From assembly GCA_964480435.1 (NCBI GenBank), contig CAYZSS010000010.1, positions 1-29,091 on the forward strand: a DNA stretch of 29,091 nucleotides. The letters are read 5' to 3'. Shown one piece after another: positions 25,371 to 29,091 of the stretch (the first letter of the stretch is position 1; each line of letters opens with the position of its first letter). The notes under the pieces were generated by a model, which made no database searches, was not told the origin of the DNA, and worked only from the letters and a program-made list of their open reading frames with translations. Origin of the DNA: an uncultured archaeon (GTDB lineage Archaea > Iainarchaeota > Iainarchaeia > Iainarchaeales > 0-14-0-20-30-16). The position numbers were made by a program, and so were the translations under genes.

Positions 25371-26867
25371 ATGGAATTAAATGAATTTATGAAAGATAAA
25401 AAAACTATTTCAATAGTATGTAACCAGTGGGGGGACACAGGTAAAGGGAAGTTTGTAGATTACTTTGCAAAGTGGGCGGATATTATTGCAAGAGGCACTG
25501 GTGGAGCGAATGCAGGCCACACGATAATTCTAAATGAAAAAAAATATGTGTTTCATTTAGTGCCATCTGGTATTTTGTATGATGTTGACGGAAAAATAAA
25601 CATAGTAGGTAACGGGGTTGCATTTGATCCAAGATTTTTTATTGAAGAATTAGATATCCTTGATAAAGAAAAGGTACAATACAACAATTTGAAAATTTCA
25701 TTAAATGCAAAACTTGTTATGCCTTATCATTTGCTATTTGATAGATTAAAAGAAGTGAGTTTGGGTTCGGGAAAAATTGGTACAACTGGAAGAGGTATCG
25801 GGCCGATTTATGTTGACCATTACGACAGAAAAGGATTGGTTGTAAACGATATGTTAAACAAAAATTTATTTGAAAAAAAATTAAAAAGAGCTTTAGTTGA
25901 TAAATTAAAAGTGCTATCCTTATATGACAAAAATATTGTAAAAGAAATATTAATGCATCCGCAATTAGAAAGTGGTGCTTTTTATAATGATGAAACAATA
26001 CTGGATTATAATAAAATAGTTGAATATTATACTGAAAAATATGCAAATAGATTACGAAAATATATCTGTGATGCGGAACAGTTTATGAAAGAAAATGTGC
26101 ACAAAAAGAAAATTTTGTTAGAAGGTGCACAAGGATTGTTACTGAGCATAGATCATGGTTCATATCCTTATGTTACTTCTTCTGATACAACAATTACTGG
26201 GTTAGTAAAAGGTGTCGGAATTAGTGAAAAAGATGTTGATTTAAACTTAGGAATTGTAAAAGCCTTCTATATGACTCGTGTTGGGCAAGGTCCTTTTCCA
26301 ACTGAGTTTGGTGGGGTAATATCAGATAAACATTGTTCATCAAGTACTAAAGAAGCAGAACAAGAAATGTATCCTAATGCCAGCTTAGAATCAAAAGATG
26401 AAATGGAGCTAGGTGTTGCAATTAGATTTATTGGGCAGGAATATGGTGCAACAACTAAAAGACCAAGAAGAACGGGTTGGTTAGACTTACCTTTATTAAG
26501 AAAAGCAGTATTAACAAATGGACCTGATCTGATTTTGACAAAAGTTGATGTGTTAAGCAATGCAAAAATCATTAAGTTGTGTACTGCATATGAATATACT
26601 GGTGAAGATTATTACTATGGCTCTGAATTAGTAAAGACAGGTGATACAATTACAACAGCAATAGTTGATTCAAATATCCTAAGTCAATGTAAACCAATAT
26701 ACAAGGGGTTCCCTGGCTGGTTATCAGAGATAAGTAAAATAAAAGAATATAAAGGTCTGCCACAGAATCTAAGAAATATTGTTGAGTATATTGAAAAAGA
26801 ATGCAAGGTAAATGTAAGAATAGTCTCTATAGGACCTGAAAGAGATGAAACCATAATTAAGGGTTAA
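25371..26867 (+). CDS. purA: Adenylosuccinate synthetase (long form, 498 aa)
   Basis: NQWGDTGKGKFVD, GGANAGHTI, TTGRGIGPIYVD, EGAQGLLLSIDHGSYPYVTSS, EYGATTKRPRRTGWLD. Confidence 0.9.
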   Translation: MELNEFMKDKKTISIVCNQWGDTGKGKFVDYFAKWADIIARGTGGANAGHTIILNEKKYVFHLVPSGILYDVDGKINIVGNGVAFDPRFFIEELDILDKEKVQYNNLKISLNAKLVMPYHLLFDRLKEVSLGSGKIGTTGRGIGPIYVDHYDRKGLVVNDMLNKNLFEKKLKRALVDKLKVLSLYDKNIVKEILMHPQLESGAFYNDETILDYNKIVEYYTEKYANRLRKYICDAEQFMKENVHKKKILLEGAQGLLLSIDHGSYPYVTSSDTTITGLVKGVGISEKDVDLNLGIVKAFYMTRVGQGPFPTEFGGVISDKHCSSSTKEAEQEMYPNASLESKDEMELGVAIRFIGQEYGATTKRPRRTGWLDLPLLRKAVLTNGPDLILTKVDVLSNAKIIKLCTAYEYTGEDYYYGSELVKTGDTITTAIVDSNILSQCKPIYKGFPGWLSEISKIKEYKGLPQNLRNIVEYIEKECKVNVRIVSIGPERDETIIKG

Positions 26868-26885
26868 TCCCTTTTTTTATTTTTT

Positions 26886-27851
26886 TTAGTTAGTTGGGAT
26901 GTATGTTACTTTGTGTGCTTTTTCTAAAATAATGTGTTCATATTTTTCAATTTGATTTGGAAATAGATTTTGTATTTTTGTCATAATGCCTTTAAACTGT
27001 TCATGATTTTTTACATATAATTCAATTTCTAAATCTGAACCAATAGGTCTATTTAATTGAAAAATATACTGCTCTGTGTGACAAAAATTAAAAATGTCTT
27101 GATTGCATTTATAATTTTTTAATATTATTGTCGCTTTGTATGATTCATATCCTAAACTGCTCCAATTTAATATTGGCTTATATCCTAAAATAATGTTCTT
27201 TTGTTCAAGTTTTTTTATTCTTTGTATTATTAGCTGAGGGCTTTGCTCAATTTCTTTAGCAATATTAATTGTTGTTTTTTTTGCATTTTTTGCTAAAGAT
27301 TTAAGAATTTTTAAGTCAATTTCATCTACTTTTTCTTCTTTACCTTCTCCCAAAATATTTATTTCTGGGATTTCTGTTTTGTCTGGATTAAGAAATGTTT
27401 TTGTAAAGTCGTAAATTGGAGAATATATTGAGATTTTATATGATTCTATATTTGGTTTGTATAGCATAATTTTGTCCCAAACTTCGTGAAATCTTTTTGT
27501 TGACTTTGTTACTATTCCTACTCCAAGTAGGTAATAGTCCTTATAGGTGTAAATATATGCCACCTCTTCTGTATTTTTTAAATAGTTTAATATCTCTTGT
27601 TTTTTTTCCTCGGTAATATCTCTGAGATGTAGATAACATCTGTAGGTAATATAACCTAACTTTGAAACATCAATAATAGGGTAATATCCTAAAATGGTGC
27701 CATTTGATTCAAATTTTTTTATGTGATAATTTACTTTGTGTTTTGGAATCCCAACATCTTTTGAAATTTTAGAATTGCTTTGGCGTGCATTCTTTTCAAG
27801 GGCAAACAATATTTTTTGTTCTACTTTTCCCAGGTTACGTTTTAAGGTCAT
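26886..27851 (-). CDS. Tandem (duplicated) Lrp/AsnC-family transcriptional regulator
   Basis: Two wHTH plus RAM-like halves: VEQKILFALEKNARQSNSKISKDVGIPKHKVNYHIKKFESNGTILGYY and IDLKILKSLAKNAKKTTINIAKEIEQSPQLIIQRIKKLEQKNIILGYK. Start placed at ATG 27851; the upstream 75 codons of the ORF track look like translated AT-rich intergenic DNA. Confidence 0.7.
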   Translation of the reverse strand: MTLKRNLGKVEQKILFALEKNARQSNSKISKDVGIPKHKVNYHIKKFESNGTILGYYPIIDVSKLGYITYRCYLHLRDITEEKKQEILNYLKNTEEVAYIYTYKDYYLLGVGIVTKSTKRFHEVWDKIMLYKPNIESYKISIYSPIYDFTKTFLNPDKTEIPEINILGEGKEEKVDEIDLKILKSLAKNAKKTTINIAKEIEQSPQLIIQRIKKLEQKNIILGYKPILNWSSLGYESYKATIILKNYKCNQDIFNFCHTEQYIFQLNRPIGSDLEIELYVKNHEQFKGIMTKIQNLFPNQIEKYEHIILEKAHKVTYIPTN

Positions 27852-27957
27852 ACTATTGCATAGTAAAAAACAATATATATTCTTTTTGGTTTTGAAATAA
27901 AAAATAAGAAAAATATCGTATATACACAAAAAAATACAAAATATGTAGTGATGATTT

Positions 27958-28398
27958 ATGAAAGCATTAATTTGGCATTGTAAGAAGTTTAATATGGGAA
28001 ACTCCAAACCTACAAAAAAATTTAATTGTGTTGATTTTGAAATAACAAATATCTTTGAAAAAAATGTATTAGCCATATTTATTTCTATTGAAAATATCGG
28101 GGATACCGCCTATTTTTTTGATCTTCTTTCTGATCTAAAGAAGCTTTCACTAAGGTTTGATACAAATAAAATTATTATTATCCCTTTTGTACATTTTATA
28201 ACTAAAATACCCCCTATAAAAGAAGCATTTGAGGTAATAAACAAATTTTATGCTTTTTTAGCTTATGAGGGGTATGTTGTTAAAAAAGCACATTTTGGCA
28301 GTAGTAAAGATATTGAACTTATGAGTCCAAGTGACCCGTTTCAGGTGGTATTTAGATCGTATCCTTCGGAAGTAAATTTTAAATCAAAAAAAAATTAA
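27958..28398 (+). CDS. Stand-alone archaeal ThrRS-type editing domain-like protein
   Basis: Colinear with the N-terminal editing domain of archaeal ThrRS. MKALIWHC resembles MRVLLIHS. VLAIFISIE resembles VLVAFISVE. IIIIPFVHF resembles VFVYPFAHL. KAHFGSSKDIEL resembles KAPFGYYKAFKI. Confidence 0.55.
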   Translation: MKALIWHCKKFNMGNSKPTKKFNCVDFEITNIFEKNVLAIFISIENIGDTAYFFDLLSDLKKLSLRFDTNKIIIIPFVHFITKIPPIKEAFEVINKFYAFLAYEGYVVKKAHFGSSKDIELMSPSDPFQVVFRSYPSEVNFKSKKN

Positions 28399-28443
28399 AT
28401 AAAAAAATATTATGATGAAAACGTAAAAGAATATGATTTATAT

Positions 28444-28962
28444 ATGGCTGAAACAAACCACTATGCCACACAAAAAAAGCTAATAGAAAAGATTTGTTTT
28501 TCAGGGCCGATTTTAGATTTGGCCTGTGGGGCGGGTTATTTGTTAAAAGAAATAAAAGACAAACAAAAATATGGTAATGATATTTCCAAAGAGATGCTTA
28601 AAATTGCAAAAATAAATAACCCTTTAGTAGAATTTACAACTGATGATGTCCATTCTCTTGTATCTCATAATAGAAAATATAAAGCCTTGATTTGCTGCAA
28701 TTTATTTTTTTATTTGCAGGATAGTCATAAAGCAGTAAAAAGATGGATTAGTTTATTGGATAGTGATGGAAAGCTAATTGTTCTGGAGGAGTATCCTTTT
28801 ATTTATCCAAAAGGTCTAAAATATTTTGGATCATTAGTAAATCCAGTTACAATTTCAGAAATAGAAAAAATTATGAAAAGTAATGGCTTGATTTTAGAGC
28901 AAAAGCAAAAAGAAAGTATAGACTCTGCACATGATCTCTATATGTTAGTTTTTAAGAAATAG
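28444..28962 (+). CDS. Class I SAM-dependent methyltransferase
   Basis: ILDLACGAGYLLKEI (motif I), YGNDIS, ALICCNLFFYL, DGKLIVLE. Confidence 0.7.
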   Translation: MAETNHYATQKKLIEKICFSGPILDLACGAGYLLKEIKDKQKYGNDISKEMLKIAKINNPLVEFTTDDVHSLVSHNRKYKALICCNLFFYLQDSHKAVKRWISLLDSDGKLIVLEEYPFIYPKGLKYFGSLVNPVTISEIEKIMKSNGLILEQKQKESIDSAHDLYMLVFKK

Positions 28963-28997
28963 TGAACTGGTACTTAAGTGAAGTTTTTGAATAACCT

Positions 28998-29017
28998 ACT
29001 CTTTTTTTGAAAAAGAG
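28998..29017 (-). terminator. T-run hairpin immediately 3' of tRNA-Phe
   Basis: Minus-sense CTCTTTTTCAAAAAAAGAGT follows the discriminator base directly. tRNA-Thr is followed by the same CTCTTTTT. Confidence 0.5.
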
Positions 29018-29091
29018 TGGGAAGAGAGGGATTTGAACCCTCGACACATAGGTCTTCAGCCTATTGCTCTTCCGGACTGAGCTACCTTCCC
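29018..29091 (-). tRNA. tRNA-Phe (anticodon GAA), 5' end coincides with the window edge
   Basis: Reverse complement is GGGAAGG-TA-GCTC-AGTCCGGAA-GAGC-A-ATAGG-CTGAAGA-CCTAT-GTGTC-GAGGG-TTCAAAT-CCCTC-TCTTCCC-A. No encoded CCA. Confidence 0.9.

Noticed and set aside
27852-28076. N-terminal 75 codons of track ORF 26886..28076
   Set aside because: The translation (FLIFYFKTKKNIYCF...) looks like AT-rich intergenic DNA and overlaps the start of the divergent gene at 27958. The Lrp-like domain begins right after the internal ATG at 27851.
28387-28443. Possible frameshift fusion or upstream start for the methyltransferase at 28444
   Set aside because: The in-frame upstream codons read KKYYDENVKEYDLY, which resembles MTase N-termini and follows a poly-A run. 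However, there is an in-frame TAA at 28399..28401 and no ATG, GTG or TTG between it and 28444. The resemblance is too short to support a recoding claim.

Overview
This is an AT-rich, gene-dense chromosomal segment with an archaeal informational gene set: archaeal DnaG, Pus10, a class I CCA-adding enzyme, a FlaI/VirB11-type ATPase and an archaeal ThrRS-type editing domain. Start contexts mix GGTGAT-type Shine-Dalgarno sites with TATA-proximal, probably leaderless starts. By inference this fits a small-genome DPANN-like archaeon. I support about 33 protein genes and 3 tRNA genes (Ser-GCU, Thr-GGU, Phe-GAA). The coding content is enriched for tRNA maturation: Pus10, ThiI, CCA-adding enzyme, a TtcA/TtuA-type PP-loop thiolase, a stand-alone ThrRS editing-like domain, five class I SAM-methyltransferase-like ORFs and an AmrS/AmrB pair. 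Other genes include a catalytically intact form III-type RuBisCO with a lysine-rich C-terminal tail, a bacterial-type cold-shock protein, thymidylate kinase, PurA, a cation/proton antiporter, a small glycosylation cluster, a Whirly-like ssDNA-binding protein and a tandem pair of membrane-anchored paralogs. The most unusual signal is non-coding. Both complete internal tRNA loci carry a 34-nt hairpin motif (TTTTGGGCAACTTACCCTTTTCCTAAAAGGGCAG, two copies 34/34 identical about 18 kb apart, plus degenerate and inverted copies). The motif abuts tRNA ends and partial duplicates of tRNA ends, sits next to 10-nt anti-tRNA segments, and is embedded in two homologous non-coding modules of about 260 nt. 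The hairpins in those modules covary between the two loci. I cannot assign this to any known RNA or mobile-element family from sequence alone. It is the best candidate here for something undescribed, such as a tRNA-targeting miniature element, a pre-tRNA processing scaffold or a guide-like small RNA.
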